The notes beneath the pieces are model-generated. The model saw only the letters and a program-made list of their open reading frames with translations, was not told the DNA's origin and did no database searches. Shown one piece after another: positions 48,396 to 57,596 of a DNA stretch of 64,000 nt. A program made the translations under genes and the position numbers. The stretch's first letter is position 1. Every line of letters starts with the position of its first letter. Origin of the DNA: Candidatus Poribacteria bacterium (GTDB lineage: Bacteria; Poribacteria; WGA-4E; WGA-3G); the NCBI GenBank assembly GCA_965205015.1, contig OZ242029.1, positions 3,040,001 to 3,104,000 on the forward strand. Direction: 5' to 3'.

Positions 48396-50738
48396 TCAGT
48401 CTTCTGCTCCGTCACTGAAAGGGTATAACTTCTCGACATCTGGGTTGAGTGCCTTCGCCTTCTGAAAATCGGCGGCTGCTGAGGTGTCTTGCGCCGACAC
48501 CCGATGCCCGTCCTGTTCAATTTCTACTGTGACATCTGGCTCGAGGATCTCACCTACGTTTTGTTCAATCAGGTCAGCTAAATCTCCTAAATCCAGTGCT
48601 ATGTCATCTCCCGTGTCGTGTTCTCCGCGTGCCTGTTTCGCAAGCCCTCGGGCATAATACGCAAGCGCATGGTCGGACTTCATAGCAATTACGCGTCCAA
48701 AGTCAGAAATGGCACCCGTGTAATCTGCCAGTGTCGCTTTCGCGCGACCCCGCGTGTAAAACGCCTCCACCTGCTGAAACCCTAAAGCCAGCACTTGCTC
48801 GCAATCAGTGATTGCTTCACGATAGTGGTGCTCAGCTTGCGGAACATTTCCGGTAAGCGTTTCAGATTCACCGAGCCTGAATTTTGCCTCGGCACGCCCA
48901 TTATAGTTGTGGGCAGCGAAAACGGCCCCGGGGGCGATGGTAGCGAGACGCTCCCTCGAGCCCATGCCTATCGCTTCGTCAAATCCGTCAACTGCTGACT
49001 GGTAATGGTGCTGTGCTGCTTCAATATTTCCGAGGGCAACTTCAGACACCCCCAAGCTGATCCGCGTCCGACTGAGATGCGCGGAAAAGAATGCGGCATA
49101 CTCTGGAGGGGATACGCGTACGGCTTGCTTATGATCCGCAAGTGCAGCCTGATAGTGGAACTGTGCCTGTTCGATATTGTCCCGCACCATTTCCAAAAGA
49201 CCCAAGGTGCTCTGCACCGCCCCACGCGCGGCATACGCCGAGGGATTCGTTGGACCCAAAGCAATGGCTTGCGTGTAGGCTTCAATACCGTCTTCATAGT
49301 GGCGTTGTGCTTGTTCCCGATCCCCCTTGTTCGCCGCCAATATCCCCAGCTGATGATTCGCGGTACCGCGGGTCTGCCAGCCTGAAGCATTCCCTGGATC
49401 TACATCCGTGAGTTGATGTCCCATTTCATTGGCTGCCTGAAAGTGATGTCGCGCCTGCTGCGAGTTGCCGACAGTGCTTTCCAAATCAGCAAGCCGAAGA
49501 TGCACCGTCCCTCCGAAGATATAGGCACTGGGGTTCTCTGGGTCTAAAGTTATCACTTGGGTATAGTCTTCAATTGCGGCGTGATAGAGGCGTTTGGCTT
49601 GCTGGACATTTCGGGTCCCCTGTTCAGATTTGCCCCATTCAAACTTCGCTGTAGCGCGATAGTAATAGGCTGCGGGGTCCTCGGGTGCTGTTTGGAGGGC
49701 TTTATCAAAATCAGCAATCGCACCCGCATAGTCACCCACCGCGAAATGCTTCCTGCCGTGCTGGACGTAATCGGCGGCATGGGTGTGTGCTGCGCCGTCG
49801 GTAGACGCACCGTGTGTATGCCCATGTCCATGGGCATGTCCATCGCCATGCCCATAATGCACCTCTGTTCCCTGTGCCTCCATCGCTGGAATATGCACCT
49901 CGACCGCAGCAGCGTCTAACGGATTGTCCCGAAGTTCCAGGACCTCTAACGCTGTGAGCGTGGTAAGGGGTGAAATATCAGAAATACGGTTGTTTCCAAG
50001 GCCGAGGTAACCCAGCTGCGTGAGGCCGGTCAGTGGCGAGACGTCCACGATCGCGTTGTGGTTGAGTGCCAGCAATGTCAGGTGTGTGAGAGAAGCGAGC
50101 GGCGACACCTCCGAGATACCGTTTTTTCCGAGATTCAGTTCCGACAAATTTTTCAGGTGTGCGAGGGGCGCGACATCAACGAGCTCTTGGCTGTTGTAAT
50201 TGAGGTTGAGTTGTGTGAGGTTTTTCAGGTCCCTAAGCGCAGATATATCTCTGACCTCATTGGCGTGAAGCCCTAATCCTATCAGGTCCGTGAGGGCTGC
50301 GAGTGGCGCAATATCGACAACAGCGTTACCGTTAAGATTCAGTTGTGTAAGGTTTTTCAGGTCCGCAAGTGCCGATATATCTGTGATCTCATTGCCTTCA
50401 AGCCTGAGATCTGTCAGGTGTGCTAAACCTGCCAAGGGTGTTACGTCGGAGATCCGGTTTCCGCCAAGATTTAATTCTGTTAGATTTGTAGCGGTTTCTA
50501 ATCCTGTGAGATCGGAAATGCCAAGCTCTACGGCGTTGAGCACTGTCAGTTTTCGCATATCTCTTTCAAAGACTGAGTAGATTTGCATCTGTCTGAGTTC
50601 CGCAGAAACCGCTTGATGGAGCTTTGCATCTGGGATGTGTGCTTTTGGAGGGAATCGTGTTTCAGCGGTTTCGGGTCTTATCAAAAGGATTGTGCAGAGT
50701 GTGAGGATGAGGGTGCTAACGAGTGTTTTTCGCGTCAT
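48396..50738 (-). CDS. Secreted LRR (internalin-like) + His-rich linker + TPR protein
   Basis: Signal peptide; IPD..L cap, L.L..N.I.DI.PL repeats, HGHG-rich linker, TPR repeats. Confidence 0.88.
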   Translation of the reverse strand: MTRKTLVSTLILTLCTILLIRPETAETRFPPKAHIPDAKLHQAVSAELRQMQIYSVFERDMRKLTVLNAVELGISDLTGLETATNLTELNLGGNRISDVTPLAGLAHLTDLRLEGNEITDISALADLKNLTQLNLNGNAVVDIAPLAALTDLIGLGLHANEVRDISALRDLKNLTQLNLNYNSQELVDVAPLAHLKNLSELNLGKNGISEVSPLASLTHLTLLALNHNAIVDVSPLTGLTQLGYLGLGNNRISDISPLTTLTALEVLELRDNPLDAAAVEVHIPAMEAQGTEVHYGHGDGHAHGHGHTHGASTDGAAHTHAADYVQHGRKHFAVGDYAGAIADFDKALQTAPEDPAAYYYRATAKFEWGKSEQGTRNVQQAKRLYHAAIEDYTQVITLDPENPSAYIFGGTVHLRLADLESTVGNSQQARHHFQAANEMGHQLTDVDPGNASGWQTRGTANHQLGILAANKGDREQAQRHYEDGIEAYTQAIALGPTNPSAYAARGAVQSTLGLLEMVRDNIEQAQFHYQAALADHKQAVRVSPPEYAAFFSAHLSRTRISLGVSEVALGNIEAAQHHYQSAVDGFDEAIGMGSRERLATIAPGAVFAAHNYNGRAEAKFRLGESETLTGNVPQAEHHYREAITDCEQVLALGFQQVEAFYTRGRAKATLADYTGAISDFGRVIAMKSDHALAYYARGLAKQARGEHDTGDDIALDLGDLADLIEQNVGEILEPDVTVEIEQDGHRVSAQDTSAAADFQKAKALNPDVEKLYPFSDGAED

Positions 50739-51026
50739 GTTTCGACTCCTTTTTGGGATTGGGCCCTAAAATGTTGAAGATAAGATTGGGGTTTACGTTA
50801 ATTTTAGATTTCAGTTTCAGCGGATCTGCTGTAGGAGCGAGCCCGATGGCACTCATCACACTCATAATCGCATGGCGGAGCGTCAAGGATGCCTCACTCC
50901 AAAAACAGATTGATACCCTCTCAGAAATCATTGACTCCCAGAAACAAGAGTTAACAGAGAAATCGCCTCAAGCTTAAGGGCTTACGAATCCGAAGCACTC
51001 ACAGGCATCCGTCTGGTCATTTGATA

Positions 51027-54000
51027 CTATTTCAGTATCAGCATTTTGCTGGTAGCGGTGAAGTCGCCTGCGGTGAGTGTGTAGAAATAGAGACCGCTGG
51101 CGACGCGTTCACCGATAGCATTTCTACCGTCCCAATACGCAGCGCGCCCTTTGCTCTCATAAGCCCCCGCCGACCGATAGCCTAATGCCAGGGTGCGTAT
51201 CAACTTCCCGTCCATCGAGTAGATACTGAATGTCACCTCGGCAGGTTCAGCGAGATGATAAGGTATCCACGTTTCTGGGTTGAACGGGTTCGGATAGTTC
51301 GGTAATACGGCTGTCTGTGTTGGGACTTCTGACAATTCCTGCCAAAGTGTAGACAATGCCTCCGTTTCAGGTCTTAACTGTGCTTGCAAGGAAGGCGCGG
51401 CATAAGTGACTCTCACGCGACATTTTGCCCAGACTGTTACATACAGGGTGGTTTCATCTACACAGTGCTCATAAATACGAGTCCAAAGTCCGACCGTCTT
51501 GCCATCCCACTCGACATACCGGCTATGGCTGGCATGGAGTTTGTTTAGCATAGGTTTATAGGAGAGATAGGGTGCGTCACCATTCTCATCCCAACCATAG
51601 GAACCTGGTTTTGCAGTTACGGAATAATCATACAACTCCTCACATTCCGCACTGAAGTCAAGGGTTTTTGGGCCCGCCCAATACCACTCTCTCCCGCTGC
51701 AGAATTTCCACCAGGACGATCCCTTCCTGCTCCTGAAAGTAACCGACTTCTGAACGTTCTTTGTTTGATATCTAACTTTACCGGTTACATTGATACGGAT
51801 GTGTTTGGAGACATTCCCTGATGTTACCTTCAAGGTCCCTGGAACATCCGACCCTTTGAATGTTACCTGAGCCGTTGCGCTAGTCCCGTTGTCCCCGGTA
51901 TTAAGGACGTTCCTACTGAAAGTTATAGTAGCTGCACCGGTTGAAGCAAGTGCCACCGGGGCATTGGATATCGGTTGATTATGCGTGTTAAGAACCGTAA
52001 CAGAAATTCCCACCGTCTTTCTTGTTGTCGCAGCATACGAGTCGGGATTATCTTCGGAACCTAACCTAACCTTTATATTGCTGGGCCTGAGTTCTGGGTA
52101 CAGTGCCTCTATAAAGCCTATGTCCGTTTCCGATAATACAACGTTTCCTCGTGTCACGCCTCCTGCTTTCAAAGGGATACCCGAGTACAGCATAATTGAC
52201 TTAGGATCGAATGCCGTGTAATTTGTCTGCGTCCACTCGTCCCTTTCAAGTATGTCTATGCCATTTTTGTAACCTGTGTTCTCCTCACTACAGTACTCCT
52301 GAGTAACCATCATACTATAATTGTTACACAATTCTACAGCAACCTTCTTCCTAAGTTCATTACCCGTTAAGCCCGTGTCTTTCGCTGTCTGCTGCGTGAC
52401 CGATCTTTTTATTGTTTCTGTGTCAAAAATATCGTGTAGAGTTGCGCTCGGGTTACTCTGTTCATGGATGAGCCCAAGGGCGTGACCAAATTCATGTATG
52501 ATTGTCCCCGAAGGGGGCAAATCAGGATTGAAATCATTGAACCGATGATTCTCATCATAATAGGGGTTTTTTGTGCCGAACCCCGCGCCCAACCACATCG
52601 TAGGTTTCCCTTTGTGCCGCTTTGCCAGGGTGCCTACATAGGCGCTGCTCCGGAACCCGCTTTTCTCAAACCGAACACGAATATCGGACGGACGATTCTC
52701 CGAAGTAAATATGAAACGGAGTGCAGCCTTGCTTGTCCGTTCATCTTCTGTATCTTTAATAGCCTCGTTTGTCCATTTGGATGCGAAATGTTTCACTTTT
52801 TCCATTTGAAGCGACTTCCCTTCCCCGTTCATAAATCTCACGGTTATAACGGTGGGATGAAAAAGACTGGCTTCCTCGTATACAGTATCTTCTTTATGCC
52901 AGAAATGTTTCCGTTCCCCTACAGCCCCTAAAGCCCCTGGAATGTCAGTTACGGGAGCTGGAGGCTCAGAGGTCGCACACCACAAACCAATACTGCTCAA
53001 CAGTTCATCATCGTAGATGATGGTTGTAACCTCGGTTCCTCCGTTTCTCAAACCGTCAAGGGGGGTCTCATCGGTAATCGGGTTGTCAGAAAGAACGAGC
53101 CCTTTCAGGTTTCGCGAGTTTGCGAGGGATGAAACATTAGTGATGCCATTGTTATGAAGATCCAGGCCCGTCAGATTTTTCAAGTTTGCCAGGGGAGACA
53201 CATCAAAGATGATGTTGTCAGAAAGCTTCAGCAGTCTCAATTTTTCCAAGTTTGCCAGGGGAGACACATCAAAGATGACGTTGTCAGAAAGATTCAGTTC
53301 TTTTAGATTTCGCAAGTTTGCGAGGGGTGAAATATCAGCGATGGCGTTTTGGGAAAGATCCAGGGTCTCCAGATTGACAGCAAACTCAAGACCTGTGAGA
53401 TCTGTAACTGTAACCCCTGAAACCCCCAAGTTTATCAATGTTGTCAGATGCCCTCGAGTGATTGGGGCATCCTCAGCGAGTTTGAGTATGTTCGTAATCC
53501 CGAGGCGGAAGATGGGATCCGGCATATCAACCAAAATGTCAAAGTCCCCGCCTGTAGGTACGGGGCGGTCGTCGGTTCCGCCCGTCGCACGGTTGGGGTC
53601 GGGAATGTCAACCGGGGCGTCAGGGGCAATGTCTCTGTCTCCCGTGGAGACAATCGACGCTCCCTGCTCCAGCCACAATGCCAGTTCCTGTCCCCGCAGA
53701 TTTTCAAATCCTCCCGTATCGTCTATCAACCGGAGTGCCTCCAGATTCGTCAAGTTTTGGAGGGGGGCACTATCGGATATCTGGTTTTCTGAAAGTATCA
53801 ACGTTTTCAGATTCTTCAAGTTTTGGAGTGGCGCAATATCGGATATCGGATTGCCGTCAATCCCGAGTGCTATCAGATTTGTCAAGTTTTGGAGTGGCGC
53901 AATATTCGATATATTGTTATCAGAGAGGACCAACGTTTTCAGGTTGACAGCAAACTCAAGTCCTGTGAGGTCGGTAATTGACTTATTGGCAGCCCGCAAG

Positions 54001-54632
54001 GGGCGTGTCAATCCTTCCATCTCCGCCTGCGTGATTGGCGTATTTGCGGGTTTGTTGAGCACCCCCGCAATCACACGGCGGAGGTTGGGGTCCGGAATGT
54101 GGATGCCTCCGCCTGCGGGTTGAGAGACTGGCACCCAGGTGTTGGTGACACTGATTTGCGAACCTTTGGGATATTTGATAAAGCCATCTTTGTTGGACAA
54201 CTCTGTTTTGGCAACAGTCGTGAAGCTAATTTGTGCGAGCGTTGCAGTGCCAAACGCCGGGGTCACGACCTTAAAGACAAAGCCCTGACGTTTTTCTGAC
54301 TTCGGGAGCCACGAACGTACCGTTGGGGTGTTTTGCCGAGGTTTTAGTGCCTGTCCCGCACTATTCTGGATTTGGAAATAGATCGGGTTATTTTGATACC
54401 CATAAAACTTATGAAACTTTCCTGGAGTGATCGTGTAGTACCCCACTGTCCGATACCCTTGCTCTGGGACATCGCGGCTGGGAGCCAGCCAGGTAGAAAA
54501 CACGACGTATAGCGTTTCCGTGGTTTTGTTGGTGATCCTGCTTTCTGTCCAATTGTTTTGTGCGACTGCTAACTGGGTGTAGGTTAGTATGATTAAACTG
54601 GCGGTCAACGTGATAACAGACATCTTTCGCAT
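51027..54632 (-). CDS. Secreted LRR + metzincin (M12-like) protease + Ig-like + FlgD-Ig/T9SS-type C-terminal domain protein, paralog A
   Basis: Signal peptide, two LRR modules, HEFGHALGLIHEQ, SIMLY Met-turn, NYPNPFNPETWIPY. Confidence 0.9.
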   Translation of the reverse strand: MRKMSVITLTASLIILTYTQLAVAQNNWTESRITNKTTETLYVVFSTWLAPSRDVPEQGYRTVGYYTITPGKFHKFYGYQNNPIYFQIQNSAGQALKPRQNTPTVRSWLPKSEKRQGFVFKVVTPAFGTATLAQISFTTVAKTELSNKDGFIKYPKGSQISVTNTWVPVSQPAGGGIHIPDPNLRRVIAGVLNKPANTPITQAEMEGLTRPLRAANKSITDLTGLEFAVNLKTLVLSDNNISNIAPLQNLTNLIALGIDGNPISDIAPLQNLKNLKTLILSENQISDSAPLQNLTNLEALRLIDDTGGFENLRGQELALWLEQGASIVSTGDRDIAPDAPVDIPDPNRATGGTDDRPVPTGGDFDILVDMPDPIFRLGITNILKLAEDAPITRGHLTTLINLGVSGVTVTDLTGLEFAVNLETLDLSQNAIADISPLANLRNLKELNLSDNVIFDVSPLANLEKLRLLKLSDNIIFDVSPLANLKNLTGLDLHNNGITNVSSLANSRNLKGLVLSDNPITDETPLDGLRNGGTEVTTIIYDDELLSSIGLWCATSEPPAPVTDIPGALGAVGERKHFWHKEDTVYEEASLFHPTVITVRFMNGEGKSLQMEKVKHFASKWTNEAIKDTEDERTSKAALRFIFTSENRPSDIRVRFEKSGFRSSAYVGTLAKRHKGKPTMWLGAGFGTKNPYYDENHRFNDFNPDLPPSGTIIHEFGHALGLIHEQSNPSATLHDIFDTETIKRSVTQQTAKDTGLTGNELRKKVAVELCNNYSMMVTQEYCSEENTGYKNGIDILERDEWTQTNYTAFDPKSIMLYSGIPLKAGGVTRGNVVLSETDIGFIEALYPELRPSNIKVRLGSEDNPDSYAATTRKTVGISVTVLNTHNQPISNAPVALASTGAATITFSRNVLNTGDNGTSATAQVTFKGSDVPGTLKVTSGNVSKHIRINVTGKVRYQTKNVQKSVTFRSRKGSSWWKFCSGREWYWAGPKTLDFSAECEELYDYSVTAKPGSYGWDENGDAPYLSYKPMLNKLHASHSRYVEWDGKTVGLWTRIYEHCVDETTLYVTVWAKCRVRVTYAAPSLQAQLRPETEALSTLWQELSEVPTQTAVLPNYPNPFNPETWIPYHLAEPAEVTFSIYSMDGKLIRTLALGYRSAGAYESKGRAAYWDGRNAIGERVASGLYFYTLTAGDFTATSKMLILK

Positions 54633-54706
54633 TTTTCTTCTCCTTCATAAGCCTTTCTTGTGTGTGAAATAGAACCATCTATCCCTACCTTGTTTTTGAC
54701 ATCGGC

Positions 54707-55060
54707 AGAGAGACGAAGGTAACAGTATCATGAAGCAGTTTATTGTGCAGGATCCGCATTCGGGTCTACATTTTGCATTTGACAACGTATGCACATCACT
54801 CAACGGATTCCGACGCGGAGACGAAGAATAGAATTTCCCGTCATACGCATCCAAACACCATTCCGAAACGTTGCCACTCATATCATACAGACCATAACCG
54901 TTTGCTGAATAACTCCCGACTGCCCGCGTGTCCCTTGGTGGAGGCACAAAGTCACCAAAGTTCGCCTGATCTCTGGATATCGTGTTCCCCCACGGAAACT
55001 CCAACCCTGACTTGCCGCCACGCGCCGCTTTTTCCCATTCCGCCTCTGTCGGTAAACGCT
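54707..55060 (-). pseudogene. Doubly deleted copy of the cohesin-dockerin-FGE gene and its downstream spacer
   Basis: 54773-55060 is nearly identical to 61659-61946 and is joined to a copy of the 61351-61464 region; no start codon. Confidence 0.85.
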
Positions 55061-55140
55061 TTCTCCTTAATCGTTTCGATGGTAGGTCCAAAAACATTTC
55101 AATAATCTGATGGGAGGGAAAACCTTGCCATTCGTTCTTT

Positions 55141-57579
55141 TTATTTCAATATTAGCATCCTGCCGGTAGCGACGAACTCCCCAGCGGTGAGTGTGTAGAA
55201 ATAGAGACCGCTGGCGACGCGCTCACCAGCAGCATTTCTGCCGTCCCAATACGCCGCACGCGCCTTGCTCTCATAGACTCCTGCAGACTGGTAGCCCACC
55301 GGTAATCTCCGCACCAGCATTCCATCGGCAGCATAGATGCTGAGCGTCACGTCTGCGGGTTCGGCGAGATGATAGGGTATCCACGTCTCCGGGTTGAACG
55401 GGTTCGGGTAGTTCGAGAGGAGTGCCGTTTGTGTCGGGACTTCTGACAACTCCTGCCAAAGTGTAGACAACGCCTCCATTTCGGGTCTTAATTGAACCTG
55501 TGAAGGCGCAGCAGCGATTGAGGCAACGACAATTTGCAGATCCAAGAGATTAACAATGCCATCGTCATTGACATCGGCAGCGGTTGCTCCGCGCTTACCG
55601 AAGTCTGATGCCACCAAAATTAGGTCAGCAACGTTGACAGCACCATCGCCATTGACATCCGCCGGTAGCCTCTCGTCTATAGGCGGAGGTGTGAGTTCCC
55701 ACAACAGGATGGTATCATCCCAACTCCCTGTTGCGAGCGTGCTGCTGCCATCGGGACTATACGCAATACTATTGACCCAGCTGGTGTGTCCACTGAGTGT
55801 ATTTTTGAGTTCGCCCGTTTTGACATCCCATAACCGCACGGTTGTATCCTCACTTCCGGTTGCGAGTGTGGTGCCATCGGGACTATACGCAACACTCAAG
55901 ACAGCCTCGGTATGTTCATCGAGTGTATTTTTGAGTTCGCCCATTTCGACATCCCATAACCGCACGGTTGTATCCTCACTTCCGGTTGCGAGTGTGGTGC
56001 CATCGGGACTATACGCAACACTCAAGACAGCCTCGGTATGTTCATCGAGTGTATTTTTGAGTTCGCCCGTTTCGACATCCCATAATCGCATAGTGCGGTC
56101 AGCACTCCCCGTTGCGAGTGTGGTGCCATCGGGACTATACGCAACACTATTGACCCAGCTGGTGTGTCCACTGAGTGTATTTTTGAGTTCGCCCGTTTCG
56201 ACATCCCATAGATACACAGTGCTGTCATTACTTCCCATTGCGAGTGTGGTGCCATCGGGACTATACGCAACACTTAAGACAGTGCTGGTGTGTTCATCCG
56301 CAAATGAGCCTAAAGAGGGCACTGTGAGTATATTTTTGAGTTCGCCCGTTTCGACATCCCATAATCGCGCAGTGCCGTCCTTACTCCCCGTTGCGAGGGT
56401 GGTGCCATCCGGACTATACGTAACAGTGTCAACAGAACTAATGTGTCCACTGAGTGTATTTTTGAGTTCGTCCGTTTCGACATCCCATAACCGCACGACG
56501 GTATCCCAGCTCCCCGTTGCGAGCGTGCTACCATCCGAACTATACGCAACACTTAAGATAGCCCCGGTGTATTCCTTGAGTGTGCCTTCAAGGGTGCCCG
56601 TTTCGACGTTCCATAACCACACAGTGCCGTCGCGACTCTCACTTACGAGGGTGGTGCCATCGGGACTATACGCAATACTGCCGACAGCACTGGTGTGTTC
56701 ATTGAGTATGTTTTTGAGGGTGCCCGTCTCAGCATCCCATAACCGCACAGTGCCGTCGCTACCCCCACTTGCGAGTGTGGTGCCATCGGGACTATACGCA
56801 ACACTTTTGACAACACTGGTGTGTTCATTGAGTGTGTTTTTGAGGGTGCCCGTCTCAACATCCCATAACCGCACAGTGCCGTCGCTACTCCCACTTGCGA
56901 GGGTGGTGCTATCCGTACTATACGCAACACTTAAGACCCAACCGGTGTGTTCATTGAGTGTGTTTTTGAGGGTGCCCGTCTCAACATCCCATAACCGCAC
57001 GGTGGTATCCCAACTCCCCGTTGCGAGGGTGGTGCCATCGGGACTATACACGATACTATCGACCAAGGCGGTGTGTTCATCGAGGGTGCTTATGAGACTG
57101 CTGGTCTCAATATCCCATAACCACACGATGCCGTCGTTACCCCCAATTGCGAGGGTGGTGCCATCGGGACTATACGCGACCCTTTTGACCCAGCCGATGT
57201 GTTTATCAAGGGAGTTTTTGAGGGTGCCCGTCTCAACATCCCATAACCCTACGGTGTTATCATTATTCACACTTGCGAGGGTGGTGGCATCGGGACTATA
57301 CGCGATACTTAAGACATCGCCGGTGTATTCGGTCGGGACGGTGAGGAGCGCAAGTGCTTCTCTGCTATCGGTATCATAGAGCCAAATACCGATACTACTC
57401 GCCACCGCAAGCTGGGCACCATCCGGCGAATACGCTATGTCGTTTATGGAACCCTTACTGAGCCGCGCTTTGGCACTCCCGGGCAGCCCCCATTGTGAGG
57501 TGTCCTGGGCAAATGTGGTGGACGCGAGGGTAGATGCCAGAAATGAAAATACAAAAACGAAAAATAATCTGAGTTGCAT
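55141..57579 (-). CDS. Secreted WD40 repeat + dockerin + FlgD-Ig/T9SS-type C-terminal domain protein
   Basis: About 13 near-identical 42-aa repeats; DVNGDGAVNVADL/DVNDDGIVNLLDL; NYPNPFNPETWIPY. Confidence 0.92.
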   Translation of the reverse strand: MQLRLFFVFVFSFLASTLASTTFAQDTSQWGLPGSAKARLSKGSINDIAYSPDGAQLAVASSIGIWLYDTDSREALALLTVPTEYTGDVLSIAYSPDATTLASVNNDNTVGLWDVETGTLKNSLDKHIGWVKRVAYSPDGTTLAIGGNDGIVWLWDIETSSLISTLDEHTALVDSIVYSPDGTTLATGSWDTTVRLWDVETGTLKNTLNEHTGWVLSVAYSTDSTTLASGSSDGTVRLWDVETGTLKNTLNEHTSVVKSVAYSPDGTTLASGGSDGTVRLWDAETGTLKNILNEHTSAVGSIAYSPDGTTLVSESRDGTVWLWNVETGTLEGTLKEYTGAILSVAYSSDGSTLATGSWDTVVRLWDVETDELKNTLSGHISSVDTVTYSPDGTTLATGSKDGTARLWDVETGELKNILTVPSLGSFADEHTSTVLSVAYSPDGTTLAMGSNDSTVYLWDVETGELKNTLSGHTSWVNSVAYSPDGTTLATGSADRTMRLWDVETGELKNTLDEHTEAVLSVAYSPDGTTLATGSEDTTVRLWDVEMGELKNTLDEHTEAVLSVAYSPDGTTLATGSEDTTVRLWDVKTGELKNTLSGHTSWVNSIAYSPDGSSTLATGSWDDTILLWELTPPPIDERLPADVNGDGAVNVADLILVASDFGKRGATAADVNDDGIVNLLDLQIVVASIAAAPSQVQLRPEMEALSTLWQELSEVPTQTALLSNYPNPFNPETWIPYHLAEPADVTLSIYAADGMLVRRLPVGYQSAGVYESKARAAYWDGRNAAGERVASGLYFYTLTAGEFVATGRMLILK

Positions 57580-57596
57580 CGGGAAATGCCTCCTTT

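Noticed and set aside
50723-50977. Small plus-strand ORF between LRR genes
   Set aside because: No recognisable motif or clear RBS, and it is opposite to all neighbours; cannot be supported
53209-54123. 304-aa plus-strand ORF and similar ones at 59809 and 60310
   Set aside because: Antisense shadows of LRR coding sequence
55556-57379. 607-aa plus-strand ORF
   Set aside because: Antisense shadow of the WD40 repeats with biased Ser/Val/Leu composition
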